Positions 38,627 to 48,503 of a stretch of DNA of 64,000 nt are shown one piece after another. The number at the start of each line of letters is the position of its first letter. Position 1 is the first letter of the stretch. The position numbers and the translations under genes were made by a program. Origin of the DNA: a bacterium (lineage in GTDB: Bacteria; Patescibacteriota; SICC01). The notes under the pieces are model-generated. The model was not told the origin of the DNA, made no database searches, and saw only the letters and a list, made by a program, of their open reading frames with translations. The stretch is taken from NCBI GenBank assembly GCA_030699935.1, contig JAUYKS010000002.1:65018-129017 (forward strand), written 5' to 3'.

Positions 38627-41600
38627 ATGAACACGGGCATCACACATAAGGTAATCCTCGCGGCGGTAGTCGCGGCAGCGGGCGCGGTCATGGTAACGGC
38701 GCTCAGCCAAACGGCGTCGGACCCTTACGTCGCGAAGTCGCCGCCCGCCCCCCAAGCCGGCAAGGAAATCCGGAGCTTGACCAAGGTGAGCGGCCATTCG
38801 CTTGAGACGGTCAAGCTGAAGGACGGCAAGGAAACCAAGGCGGCCGCCGGGCATCTGGTGGTCCGCTTGGAGAATGACGCCGCCAAGCGGCAATTCGGGG
38901 ACCGGTTGACCGGGACCAGCATTCCGAATATCTATCTGTTGTCCGTCGACGAACCGGTCAGCCAGGCCCGCACCAAGGTCGCGGCGCTGCCGGGAGTGCG
39001 GAGCGCCACGCCGGACTTCGTCGTCGCGGCGACCCGCACGCCCGACGATCCGCACTACCCGTACCAGTGGGGACTGCCGAAGATCAAGGCGCCAGCCGCC
39101 TGGGACCGGACGGTCGGTTCTTCGTCCGTCATCATCGCCAGCATCGACACCGGGGTGAACGCCTCGCACCAGGACCTCTCCGGCAAGATGTGGACGAACC
39201 CGGGCGAGACCTGCGGCGACAACGATGACGACGACGGGAACGGCTACATCGACGACTGTAACGGCATGGACTTCGTGAACGGGACCAAGCCGGGCGGCGT
39301 CTTCAAGAACGACGCCAACGGCCCGGACGACGATCAAGGTCACGGGACGCTGACGTCGTCGGTCTTCGCGGCTGACACTGACAACGGCCTTGGCGTTGCC
39401 GGCGTCGATTGGAACGCGAAGGTATTGGCGATCAAGGTATTGGACTCCGACGGCTACGGGTTATTTTCCGACGTCGCGGAGGGAATCCGGTACGCTGGCA
39501 TAGTCGGCGCGGACGTCGCCAACATGAGCCTCGGCGCGGACGGACTGACCACCGAGACGATGACCGACACGGCGATCAACGAAGCGATCGCGGACGGCGT
39601 CATCCTAGCCGCCGCTTCCGGTAACGATGGTTACACGAACTCCATCAACTATCCGGCGATCAACCCGTACGTGATCTCGGTCGGGGCCACTACCTCGACC
39701 GACGCGCGAGCCGGCTATTCGAACGGCGGTTCGCAGCTCGACCTGGTCGCGCCAGGGTCGGGCATCCGCGGCGCCTACCTCGGCAACACGAGCTACGTCT
39801 CGGCCTCCGGCACCTCGCTGTCCACGCCGCACGTCGCGGGCGTGGCGGGATTGCTCCGAGCGCTGGACCCGGACGTCAGCTACTCCCGAGTCCGGACGAT
39901 CCTGAAGAGCACCGCCGATACCGTCTCCGGCATGAACGGAGCCACCCGCACCAACCTCTACGGCGAGGGCCGGCTCGATGCGAACGGCGCCCAATCCCTG
40001 ATCAAGGCCTACTCCAGCGAATGGGTCCGGCAGTCCGCGACCGCGACCGCGGCATCCGGAACCGACCGCGCGGTCTACGTCGACTACAAGAACGTCGGCC
40101 TGAACCCCTGGTCGAATACCGGATCGAACCCGGTCCGTCTCGGGACCAGCCACACCAAGGGGCATTCATCCCAGTTCTACAACACGTCCTGGCTGAGCAA
40201 GAGCCGTCCGGCCAGCTTCACGGGACGGGTCGAAGGCGACGGCAGCGTCACCGAGACCGACACCATTCAGCCCGGCGAGACGGCGCGGTTCAGCTTCACG
40301 ATGACCTCGCCGCCGCGGACGACCACCACGACGTTGCGCGAGTACTTCCAACCGGTCGTCGAAGGCGTGACCTGGCTCGAAGACCAGTCGAAGTACATCA
40401 CGACGACGGTACCGGGGCGGTACTACCGCGGCCAGTTGGTCGGGAAGACCAATCCGCCGCCGGTGGTCCTGGCAAACCAGCTCAGTCCGGTGACCGCCGA
40501 CGTGAAGAACACCGGCACCGCCACCTGGCGGAACGATACCTCCTACGACATGAGGCTCGGTACGGTCAATCCGGTAAGCCACAACAGCACGTGGTACGAC
40601 AGCGGTACCTGGCTGACGCGAAACCGGCTCGGCACGTTCGTCGGCAAGGTGTCGGGAGGCGTACTCACGCCGACTAATTCCATCGCTCCCGGCGAGACCG
40701 CCCGATGGTCGTTCCAAGTGAAGGCACCGTCCCGCGGCGGCACGTATCATGAATACTTCAGTTCGCTGATCGACTACTTCGGTTGGCAGAAGAACCTTAA
40801 CCTTGGTTGGACCCAGTTCGTGCCGAGCACCGCGTATGATTACAAGTTCGTAAGCAAGGCACCGCACTACCAGTACCTGGCCCGCGACGAGACGAAGACG
40901 ATCTACATCCGGCTCCGGAACATGGGATACGCCACCTGGCGCTCCAGCGGATCGGGTTCCGTCCGGCTCGGAACCGATCGTCCGCAGAACCGCGGCAGCG
41001 GATTCTCGGACGGCGGTACGGCGGCCGGCTGGATTACCAGCAACCGGATCAAGCTGGGCAGCAACCTGACGGATGCCGACAAGAACGTCGGCGGGGAAAC
41101 CAGCGTGGCGCCCGGCGAGATCGGTGAATTCGAGTTCGACATCGTCGGCAAGCCGCGATCGGGAACGTACAAGGAGTACTTCCGGCCTCTCGTCGAAGGC
41201 CGCGGCTGGATGAAGGACATCGGCATCAACTGGTCGATCACGGTGGAGAACCCGATCGACGTCGCGCTGACCAGCCAGTCCAGCGCGACCATGAGCGGCA
41301 CGAACACGGTTACGATCGTGGATGTGAACGGGACGAACCGCGGTACCGTCGCGCCCGCGACGGACTTCATTATGCGCAAGAACGGATCGCGCTATCAGGT
41401 ACTCCTGCCCGGCCCGGACATCGACTCCTGTTGCGTCCTGACGGCCCAGCAGGCGCCGGGCAACCGGTTCCTGGTGACGAACCTGGCTGACAACGGCAGC
41501 CAAAACTACTTCCGGGGCGAGATGTCGATCCGGACCGGCAGCGCCGGTACCCATCTGGTGAATTCCCCGAACCTCGAGCATTACTTGCGCGGCCTGGGCG

Positions 41601-42322
41601 AAGTGCCGGACAGTTGGCCGATCGAATCGATCAAGGCCCAGATCACGGCGGCCCGGACCTTCGCGGCCCGGAAGATTCAAAGTCCCCGGTCGAACACCTT
41701 CGACATCTATGACGATACGCGCGACCAGGTCTACAACGGCTACAACAGCGAACTGGCCAAGCCGAACCACGTCACGGCGGTCAATGCGACTACCGGCAAG
41801 GTGGTCAAACGGGACGGATCGCTGATCCAGGCATTCTACAGTTCGAACGCCGCCGGCCGCACCGCGGACAATGAGGATGTCTGGGGCGGCAGCCCGATCA
41901 ACTACCTGCGCGGCAAAGCGGACTCCTACTCGCTGGTCAGTTACACTTCCCACCTCTGGCCGGATACCACCTCGCGGGCGACAATCAAGGCTAACTACGG
42001 CTTCGGCTGTACGGTGACCGGCGTCGGCGTGGTCTCGAAGTACCCGGGCGACCGCATGCGGACGGTGCGGCTGGCCGGCTCGGGATGTGCCACTCGGGAT
42101 TACACGCTGGCCGCCGACACTCACCGCAGCCGGCTCGGCCTACCGTCCTCGCAGGTGACGAGCATCACCAAGAGCGGCACGAACTTCGTGTTCGGCGGGA
42201 AGGGCTTCGGGCACGGGATCGGCATGAGCCAATACGGCGCCTACAACCGCGCCGCGAACGGCCAGAGCTACGTAACGATCCTCCAGTTCTACTACACCGG
42301 CGTGACGATCGGGAACCTCTGA
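38627..42322 (+). CDS. Secreted S8 subtilase + three NBR1-like Ig repeats + SpoIID/LytB lytic transglycosylase fusion
   Basis: Signal peptide; triad IASIDTG / GHGT / SGTSLSTPHVAG; three repeats of (K/R)NxG..W...RLGT...W...PGE...F...Y.EYF; SpoIID motifs YLRGLGEVP.SWP.E..KAQ..AART, DQVY, GHGIGMSQYGA, ILQFYY. Confidence 0.88.
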   Translation: MNTGITHKVILAAVVAAAGAVMVTALSQTASDPYVAKSPPAPQAGKEIRSLTKVSGHSLETVKLKDGKETKAAAGHLVVRLENDAAKRQFGDRLTGTSIPNIYLLSVDEPVSQARTKVAALPGVRSATPDFVVAATRTPDDPHYPYQWGLPKIKAPAAWDRTVGSSSVIIASIDTGVNASHQDLSGKMWTNPGETCGDNDDDDGNGYIDDCNGMDFVNGTKPGGVFKNDANGPDDDQGHGTLTSSVFAADTDNGLGVAGVDWNAKVLAIKVLDSDGYGLFSDVAEGIRYAGIVGADVANMSLGADGLTTETMTDTAINEAIADGVILAAASGNDGYTNSINYPAINPYVISVGATTSTDARAGYSNGGSQLDLVAPGSGIRGAYLGNTSYVSASGTSLSTPHVAGVAGLLRALDPDVSYSRVRTILKSTADTVSGMNGATRTNLYGEGRLDANGAQSLIKAYSSEWVRQSATATAASGTDRAVYVDYKNVGLNPWSNTGSNPVRLGTSHTKGHSSQFYNTSWLSKSRPASFTGRVEGDGSVTETDTIQPGETARFSFTMTSPPRTTTTTLREYFQPVVEGVTWLEDQSKYITTTVPGRYYRGQLVGKTNPPPVVLANQLSPVTADVKNTGTATWRNDTSYDMRLGTVNPVSHNSTWYDSGTWLTRNRLGTFVGKVSGGVLTPTNSIAPGETARWSFQVKAPSRGGTYHEYFSSLIDYFGWQKNLNLGWTQFVPSTAYDYKFVSKAPHYQYLARDETKTIYIRLRNMGYATWRSSGSGSVRLGTDRPQNRGSGFSDGGTAAGWITSNRIKLGSNLTDADKNVGGETSVAPGEIGEFEFDIVGKPRSGTYKEYFRPLVEGRGWMKDIGINWSITVENPIDVALTSQSSATMSGTNTVTIVDVNGTNRGTVAPATDFIMRKNGSRYQVLLPGPDIDSCCVLTAQQAPGNRFLVTNLADNGSQNYFRGEMSIRTGSAGTHLVNSPNLEHYLRGLGEVPDSWPIESIKAQITAARTFAARKIQSPRSNTFDIYDDTRDQVYNGYNSELAKPNHVTAVNATTGKVVKRDGSLIQAFYSSNAAGRTADNEDVWGGSPINYLRGKADSYSLVSYTSHLWPDTTSRATIKANYGFGCTVTGVGVVSKYPGDRMRTVRLAGSGCATRDYTLAADTHRSRLGLPSSQVTSITKSGTNFVFGGKGFGHGIGMSQYGAYNRAANGQSYVTILQFYYTGVTIGNL

Positions 42323-42387
42323 CTAACCGGCCGGGCTGACCGGCCGGTCTGACCAGTAAACAACCTACCTTATGATACGCTGGTTGC

Positions 42388-43767
42388 ATGAAGCAACCAG
42401 CCTTAATGTTGGCGCTGGGAGTGATCGTCGGCGTGGCCGCGGCGTCCTGGCTGCCGGTATGGTTGGCGCTCGGGTTGGCGGCCGTTGCGTGCTACCGGTC
42501 GCTTCTGCTGGCAATCGGCCTGGCGATCGGCGCTTACCGGATCATGCTGAGCCCACTCCTGCCCCCGGAAGCGGACTTGGCGGACCTTGCCGGGCGGGAA
42601 CGGACGGTGCGCGGGGTGGTAGACTCGTTCCCGGATTATCGGCAGGAATACCAGCAGTTCGTCGTCAAAGGGACGGCGGAGGGCAAAGAGGGCAGGACGC
42701 TGGTCCAGACCGACCCCTTGCTCGAGTTCTCGCCAGGCGACCGCGTCGAGGTGACCGGCCTGCTGACCGCGCCGCGCAACTTCGACGGTTTCGACTATCG
42801 GAGCTTCCTGGCCAAGGACGGCGTCCACTCGATCATGCGCCGGGCCGACGTCAACATCGCAGGAAGCAAACAAACGCTGGCGCGGACTTTTTACGCGATC
42901 CGGAAGCGCTGGGTGCTGCAGACGGAACGTACGTTCCCCGAGCCGGCCGCCGGGTTCAGCCTGGGTATCCTGATCGGCGAACGCTCGACGTTGTCCGACT
43001 CCCATATCGAGGCGTTCCGGAAGACCGGCACGACCCACATCCTGGCGCTGTCCGGATTCAACGTCAGTATCATCATCACGGCGATCGTCTGGGTGCTCGG
43101 ACGGAAGCCGGCGGCGCTGACCGCGTCCCTGGGACTGATTGCGGCATTCGTCCTTCTGGTCGGTCCGTCCGCGACGGTGGTACGAGCCGCGCTGATGGGC
43201 GGCTTCCTCCTGCTCGGACAACTTTTTGGACGTCCGCAGGCGGCCATGTACGGCGCGGTGATCACGGCCGCCGCGATGCTGTTGATCCAACCCCACGCTT
43301 TGCGCTATGACCTCGGTTTTGACCTCTCCTTCCTCGCCACCCTCGGCATCCTCTGGCTGGAGCCGGACATCCGCTCCCGGATCACGCGCGTCCCCGAGCT
43401 GGCCCGTGGAATCGTATCCGCGACGCTTGCCGCCAGCGGGGCGACGGCGCCGCTGATCGCGCTGACGTTCGGGACGGCCAGCCTGGTGTCGCCGCTGGCG
43501 AACCTGCTGGTGGTCCCGGCGATTCCTCTCCTGATGCTCGGCGGTTTCGTCAGCGTGATGATCTCGTTCGTTTCGTCCGAGTTGGCCGCCTTGCCGGCGG
43601 CGTTGACCGCCGCCGCGACCGTCCGTCTGCTCGGCGGAATCAGTTGGCTGGCCGACCTGCCGGCCGCCTCGGTCACGTTCGCGGAGCTGAAGGGACCCAC
43701 GGCGATCCTGCTGTCGGTGGTCGCCGCCGCCGGGATCTTCCAATTGAAACGGCCACGGTATGCGTAA
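42388..43767 (+). CDS. comEC: ComEC competence channel (DUF4131 + Competence domains)
   Basis: PRNFDGFDY, GTTHILALSGFNV, VVRAALM, FDLSFLAT, ANLLVVP. Confidence 0.92.
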   Translation: MKQPALMLALGVIVGVAAASWLPVWLALGLAAVACYRSLLLAIGLAIGAYRIMLSPLLPPEADLADLAGRERTVRGVVDSFPDYRQEYQQFVVKGTAEGKEGRTLVQTDPLLEFSPGDRVEVTGLLTAPRNFDGFDYRSFLAKDGVHSIMRRADVNIAGSKQTLARTFYAIRKRWVLQTERTFPEPAAGFSLGILIGERSTLSDSHIEAFRKTGTTHILALSGFNVSIIITAIVWVLGRKPAALTASLGLIAAFVLLVGPSATVVRAALMGGFLLLGQLFGRPQAAMYGAVITAAAMLLIQPHALRYDLGFDLSFLATLGILWLEPDIRSRITRVPELARGIVSATLAASGATAPLIALTFGTASLVSPLANLLVVPAIPLLMLGGFVSVMISFVSSELAALPAALTAAATVRLLGGISWLADLPAASVTFAELKGPTAILLSVVAAAGIFQLKRPRYA

Positions 43768-44653
43768 GGCGGCCTACACGCTCGCGTTGGTTCCGCTGCT
43801 CGCCATCGTCTTAGCCGCCGTCTTCCTATCGTGGCCCGGCACCGGCACCGGCTTCAGCTCTGGCACCGGCTTCGGCGCTCCCGAGGCCCGGGTGTATTTT
43901 TTCGACGTCGGGCAAGGGGACGCGGCGCTGATCGACGTCGGACACGGGACGCAGATCCTGATCGACGGCGGTCCCGACCGGGCGGTCCTGCGCGGGCTCG
44001 GCGAAATCATGCCGAGGTTCGACCGCCGGATCGAGTTGGTCATCCTGAGCCATCCTCACCTCGACCACTACGGCGGCCTGATCGATACCGTGTCCCGGTA
44101 CGACGTCGGAGCGGTGATGCTCAACCAATCCGGATCAGGCAAGCCGTACGAACGGCTGGTCGAGGACGTACGGGCCGGCAGCCGGATCATTCCGGCCGCG
44201 GGTCAGCGTATCCCGCTGCCCGGAGGCGTGATCGAAATCTTGGAACCCGGCGTGCCGGGGACGGACTCCGCGAACCGGAAGCGGTTCTCCAATCCCAACG
44301 ACGCGTCGGTGGTCGCGCGCCTCGAGCTGCACGGGCACACTTTCCTGTTTCCCGGCGACGCCGAAGAAGCCGAAGAACGCCGTTTGCTCAGAAGCGGCGG
44401 CTTGGACGTCGAGGTACTGAAGGTCCCGCATCACGGCAGCAGCACCTCATCGACGGAAGAATTCCTCCAGGCCGTCACCCCGGATTGGTGCATCGTCTCG
44501 TCCGGCAAGGATAACCCGTACGGACATCCGAATCCGGGGACCTTGTCCAGGTTGGAAACCGCGGGTTGCCGGACCGTCCGGACGGACCGGCACGGGACGA
44601 TCACGTTCCGGCTGACCGGATCGCAGATGCGGGTAGTGCCACAGCGCCGTTAG
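43760..44653 (+). CDS. Stand-alone ComEC-type metallo-beta-lactamase-fold nuclease
   Basis: FDVGQGDA, SHPHLDHYGG, NDASVV, KVPHHGS, NPYGHP, RTDRHG. Confidence 0.92.
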   Translation: MRKAAYTLALVPLLAIVLAAVFLSWPGTGTGFSSGTGFGAPEARVYFFDVGQGDAALIDVGHGTQILIDGGPDRAVLRGLGEIMPRFDRRIELVILSHPHLDHYGGLIDTVSRYDVGAVMLNQSGSGKPYERLVEDVRAGSRIIPAAGQRIPLPGGVIEILEPGVPGTDSANRKRFSNPNDASVVARLELHGHTFLFPGDAEEAEERRLLRSGGLDVEVLKVPHHGSSTSSTEEFLQAVTPDWCIVSSGKDNPYGHPNPGTLSRLETAGCRTVRTDRHGTITFRLTGSQMRVVPQRR

Positions 44654-44674
44654 GTTCCGAGGCCGGCGGACCGG

Positions 44675-45322
44675 CTACTCGAAGTCCCTTGGCAAGTCCT
44701 GCGAATCGAGGTGTCGGGAGTCATCCGTCTGCTTCGGCTGATCCGCCGCCGCCTCGGCCTTCTCCGCACTGGCTTCCGCGTTCTCGCGAGCGGACTCCTT
44801 GCGCTCCTCGGATTCGCCCATGCCCTGGGACTTGGCGACGAGCTCCTGCACGCGGTCCGGATTCGGGATGCCCTCGAACGTGAAGTTCCGGCGCTCACCG
44901 GCGGTCTGGATCTCCACGGTCCCGAAGTTGAAGAGCGTCTGCAGCAGTCCGTGCTTGGCGGCGCTGACGTCCTGGATCATCTTGCAGTCGAGCTCGTCGA
45001 CCGTCCGGCGGAACAGACCGCGCTGGTCGATATCGACGATCCGGTCGGAGGTGACGATCGCGATGTCGAGATAGAAGTCGATCCAGCGGACGAAGAAATA
45101 AGTGACCAGCGCCAGGTAATACGCGGAGGTGGCCGCGACGGCGATGGCGCGGCCGATACCGGAGATCTCAAGCCCGGCGGCTGGAATCGCCACGAAGATG
45201 ATGACCGGGACGATCGCCAGCAGTCCGGTGACCAGGACGGCCGGCAGTAGCGTCAGCCAATGGGGCCGCGCGATGGTCAGGACCTTTTCGTCCGGACGCT
45301 GGCCGGGGAAGTATTCCATCAT
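44675..45322 (-). CDS. Membrane protein with a bacterial PH domain
   Basis: 2 TM helices, then IVTSDRIVDIDQRGLF...IQDV...GLLQTLFNFGTVEIQTAG. Confidence 0.8.
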   Translation of the reverse strand: MMEYFPGQRPDEKVLTIARPHWLTLLPAVLVTGLLAIVPVIIFVAIPAAGLEISGIGRAIAVAATSAYYLALVTYFFVRWIDFYLDIAIVTSDRIVDIDQRGLFRRTVDELDCKMIQDVSAAKHGLLQTLFNFGTVEIQTAGERRNFTFEGIPNPDRVQELVAKSQGMGESEERKESARENAEASAEKAEAAADQPKQTDDSRHLDSQDLPRDFE

Positions 45323-45522
45323 CCGCCCCCCGTGACTTCGATGCCGCCGATCGTGACAAACGTCGCGATGACGATCGCGACGACGGTGAACAGGTAAAGA
45401 CCGGCCGCCACCTGGGTCTTGTCGCCCGGGAACCCGAACCGCCGCGTGTGATACACCCCGGCGACCGCGAAGCCGCCGATGATGACTAGGTAGACTAGAT
45501 AGGAAATAATGACGGTTGTCAT
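45319..45522 (-). CDS. Small two-TM membrane protein
   Basis: 67 aa with two hydrophobic helices around YHTRRFG; coupled to the downstream gene. Confidence 0.65.
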   Translation of the reverse strand: MTTVIISYLVYLVIIGGFAVAGVYHTRRFGFPGDKTQVAAGLYLFTVVAIVIATFVTIGGIEVTGGG

Positions 45523-45561
45523 GGTTTCTCGAGCGTACCGCTGCCGGATGCGATTAGCAAC

Positions 45562-46629
45562 CTAGACCAGCTTCTTCTGTCCGGCCGGTGCTTGTCCGGC
45601 GGCCCGGCCAGCAGACGTCGCGATTCCGAGATGGGTGTAAGCCGCTTCCGTCGCCTTGCGGCCGCGCGGCGTGCGCTCGACCAGTCCGAGCTGGATCAGG
45701 AACGGCTCGTAGACCTCCTCGATAGTCTCCGATTCGTCGCTGACGGCGGCTGCCAGCGTACCGAGTCCGACCGGGCCGCCCTTGAACTTCTTGATGATCG
45801 TTTCCAATAGCCGCCGATCGGTCGCGTCCAGGCCGAGTTCGTCCACGCCCTCGAGTTTCAGCGACTGCTCGGCGGCGGCGGCGTCGATCGTGCCGGTGCC
45901 GCGGGTCTGTGCCCAATCGCGGGCGCGCTTCAGCAAACGATTCGCCACGCGCGGCGTGCTGCGGCTGCGGCCGGCCAGCGCCTTCAGCGCCGCCACCTCG
46001 GCGGTCACGCCCAGGATCTTCGCGGAACGCCCGAGGATCTTCCGCATCTCGTCTTCCGCGTAGAACGCCAGCTGGTAGGTGGCCCCGAACCGGTCGCGGA
46101 GCGGCGAGCTCAACGCGCCGATCTTAGTGGTCGCGCCGATGATCGTGAACGGTTCCAAGTCGAGCCGCACCGACCGGGCACCGGGACCCTTGCCGAGCAC
46201 GATGTCGATCTTCCGGTCCTCCATGGCGGGGTAGAGCATCTCTTCGACCACCTTCGGCAGCCGGTGGATCTCGTCGATGAACAGGATGTCCCCCGGACCG
46301 AGGTTGGTGAGGATCGAGGCAAGGTCGCCGGCCCGCTCGATCGCCGGCCCGCTGGTGGTTGTGAGTGAAGCCTCGGTCTCGTGGGCGATCACCCCGGCCA
46401 GCGTCGTCTTGCCGAGCCCGGGCGGTCCGTAGAATAGCAGGTGGTCGACCGTCTCCTTCCGCCCCTTGGCCGCCTCGATCATGATCCCGAGCGATTCCTT
46501 GATCTCGTTCTGGCCGACGTAGTCCTTGAGCGTTTTCGGCCGCAGCGCCACGTCGAGCGCGACGTCGGTCTCGCTGGTGGCGGGTGAGAGCAGCCGGTCC
46601 TCGGTCTCCTTGCTCACTTCCTTGCTCAT
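45562..46629 (-). CDS. ruvB: Holliday junction helicase RuvB
   Basis: LRPK.L.DYVGQ, GPPGLGKTTLA, FIDEIHR, EPFLIQ...RTPRGR. Confidence 0.98.
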   Translation of the reverse strand: MSKEVSKETEDRLLSPATSETDVALDVALRPKTLKDYVGQNEIKESLGIMIEAAKGRKETVDHLLFYGPPGLGKTTLAGVIAHETEASLTTTSGPAIERAGDLASILTNLGPGDILFIDEIHRLPKVVEEMLYPAMEDRKIDIVLGKGPGARSVRLDLEPFTIIGATTKIGALSSPLRDRFGATYQLAFYAEDEMRKILGRSAKILGVTAEVAALKALAGRSRSTPRVANRLLKRARDWAQTRGTGTIDAAAAEQSLKLEGVDELGLDATDRRLLETIIKKFKGGPVGLGTLAAAVSDESETIEEVYEPFLIQLGLVERTPRGRKATEAAYTHLGIATSAGRAAGQAPAGQKKLV

Positions 46630-47192
46630 CGCGCCAACTCCTTGAGCGCCGCCTTGATCACGGCTTCGGTCGAATCGGCCGCGGCCGCCACCTTGCCGAC
46701 CGCCTTGCGCGCCTCGGCGTTCGAGTAGCCGAGCGAGACCAAAGCCTCGACCGCTTCGTCCTGTCCGCGCGGCGCGCCTTCGCTGGTCACCATTTCCATC
46801 TTGTCCTGCAGGTCGACCACCACCCGCTCCGCCGTCTTCTTGCCGATGCCCGGCACCGAGGCCAGGAACTCCGAATCGCCGGATGCGATCGCGGCCCGGA
46901 TGTCGTCCGGCGTCGAGAGCGACAGGATCGCCAACGCGACCTTCGGTCCGATGCCGGAGACACCGAGCAACTGGGTGAACAGCCGCCGCTCGGACGTGTT
47001 CGAGAATCCGTACAGCGCCAGCACGTCCTCGCGGACGTATTGATGCGTGTGCAACGTCACCTCGCTGCCGGTTGCCGGCAGGTCGGTCAGCGTCGAGACC
47101 GGCACCATCACCAGGTATCCGACCCCGCCGACTTTGACGACGACGCCGCTCGGCTCCTTGCTGACCAGCGTGCCTGTCAGTTGGGCGATCAT
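46626..47192 (-). CDS. ruvA: Holliday junction DNA-binding protein RuvA
   Basis: MIAQLTG, GGVGY, VRED..LYGF, VSGIGPK, VPGIGKKTAER, ALVSLGY. Confidence 0.97.
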   Translation of the reverse strand: MIAQLTGTLVSKEPSGVVVKVGGVGYLVMVPVSTLTDLPATGSEVTLHTHQYVREDVLALYGFSNTSERRLFTQLLGVSGIGPKVALAILSLSTPDDIRAAIASGDSEFLASVPGIGKKTAERVVVDLQDKMEMVTSEGAPRGQDEAVEALVSLGYSNAEARKAVGKVAAAADSTEAVIKAALKELAR

Positions 47193-47226
47193 GTATACAG
47201 TATAAAGCCCTTGGCGGCCGCGGGAC

Positions 47227-48423
47227 TCAATCCGCCCCAAGCACCTTGGCGACCAGGGTGAGGTCGTCGCGGACCAGACGCGGCATCAGGAACTTTTCCT
47301 CGACGATCTTCCGTCCGGCGGTGCCCATCCGCTTTGCCTTGGCCGGGTCGGCTGCCAGCTCCGCCATCCGGTCGGCGGCCTTCGGGATCGTCGAGACGAG
47401 GTAGCCGTTCCGGCCTTCCTCGATCTGCAGGGGTATGCCGCCGACGTTGCTGGCGATGACCGGCGTGCCGGCCCACAGCGCCTCGGTGACGGACAGCCCG
47501 AATCCTTCCCGCAGCGACTTCTGGACCGCCGCGACCGCCAAGGTCTGGAACGCCTTCACGGTCCGGTCGTCGGCTTCGTCGACCAGGATCAGCAGGCCGT
47601 CGTCGCCCTTGGCGGCTCCGCGCAGTTCCTTGACGATCATCGGTGCTTGCGGATCGTCGTCGGCGGTGTCGCCGACCAGGGCCAGCTGGAGTTCGGGCAC
47701 CTTCTGTTTGGCCAGCCGCCAGGCCTCGAGCACCCCCAGCGGATCCTTCCACTGGTCGAACCGCGATACCTGCACGACGAACGGCCGCGACAAATCGAGC
47801 GGGTAGGCGCGCAGAATCTCCTGCGCCTCGTCCTTGTCCATCGGACGGTTCTTCTTCGAATCGGCGTCGATCGCCGGCGGGATAATCGCCAGGTGCTCCG
47901 GCGAGAATCCCGGCAACCGGAACGACTCCAGGCTGAAGATGCCGCCAGCATAAGGCAGCAGGTACTTGGCCATCCGGTTCGCGACCCCGCCGTGCGGATC
48001 CGAGCTGTCGAGATGACAGCGCCAGATCCACTTGGTATCCGAAGCGTCGACCCGGAAGTACGGGATCGCCGCCGGCTGCGGATCGTGGACGATGATCGCG
48101 TCCCACTGGGCCGGGGCCACCTTCTTGGCCATGTCCTTGCTGACCGCCTCGTAGTATCGCCATTCGGTAGGAGAGAGGCCGGTGTGTTCGCCCTGCAGGG
48201 CGTTGTGGATCTTCTTCGTGACCTCGAAGAACCCGGCCGGCGGTTCAATCACCTGCCAGTCGGCCTTGATCCCGAGGTCCTGCAGCATCGGCACCTCGGA
48301 ACGCAGGATTTCCGCCACCCCGCCGCCGTTGGCAGTGGCGCTCAGGTGGAGGATACGCTGGCCTCGGAGCGCATCGGTCAGGCCTTTGATTTCGGTGTCC
48401 AACGATTTCACTTCGTTCATCAT
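47227..48423 (-). CDS. treT: Trehalose synthase TreT-like GT4 glycosyltransferase
   Basis: GGGVAEIL, FFEVTKKIHNALQG, HDPQP, WRCHLD, QVSRFDQWKDP, QKSLREGFGLSVTEA. Confidence 0.88.
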   Translation of the reverse strand: MMNEVKSLDTEIKGLTDALRGQRILHLSATANGGGVAEILRSEVPMLQDLGIKADWQVIEPPAGFFEVTKKIHNALQGEHTGLSPTEWRYYEAVSKDMAKKVAPAQWDAIIVHDPQPAAIPYFRVDASDTKWIWRCHLDSSDPHGGVANRMAKYLLPYAGGIFSLESFRLPGFSPEHLAIIPPAIDADSKKNRPMDKDEAQEILRAYPLDLSRPFVVQVSRFDQWKDPLGVLEAWRLAKQKVPELQLALVGDTADDDPQAPMIVKELRGAAKGDDGLLILVDEADDRTVKAFQTLAVAAVQKSLREGFGLSVTEALWAGTPVIASNVGGIPLQIEEGRNGYLVSTIPKAADRMAELAADPAKAKRMGTAGRKIVEEKFLMPRLVRDDLTLVAKVLGAD

Positions 48424-48503
48424 AGAGGACTATTGGCGCTGGGCTTAGCCGAAGGTCGGCGGCATCGCTTGCTGGGCGTACGCCGTTACAGTTAACTGAA
48501 ACC

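Noticed and set aside
37859-42322. Possible integrative element at tRNA-Lys
   Set aside because: No integrase, and no duplicated tRNA 3' end found downstream by eye.
41500-42322. SpoIID and SpoIIAA-like domains as evidence of sporulation
   Set aside because: Both families are widespread in non-sporulating bacteria, and no sporulation-specific genes are present.
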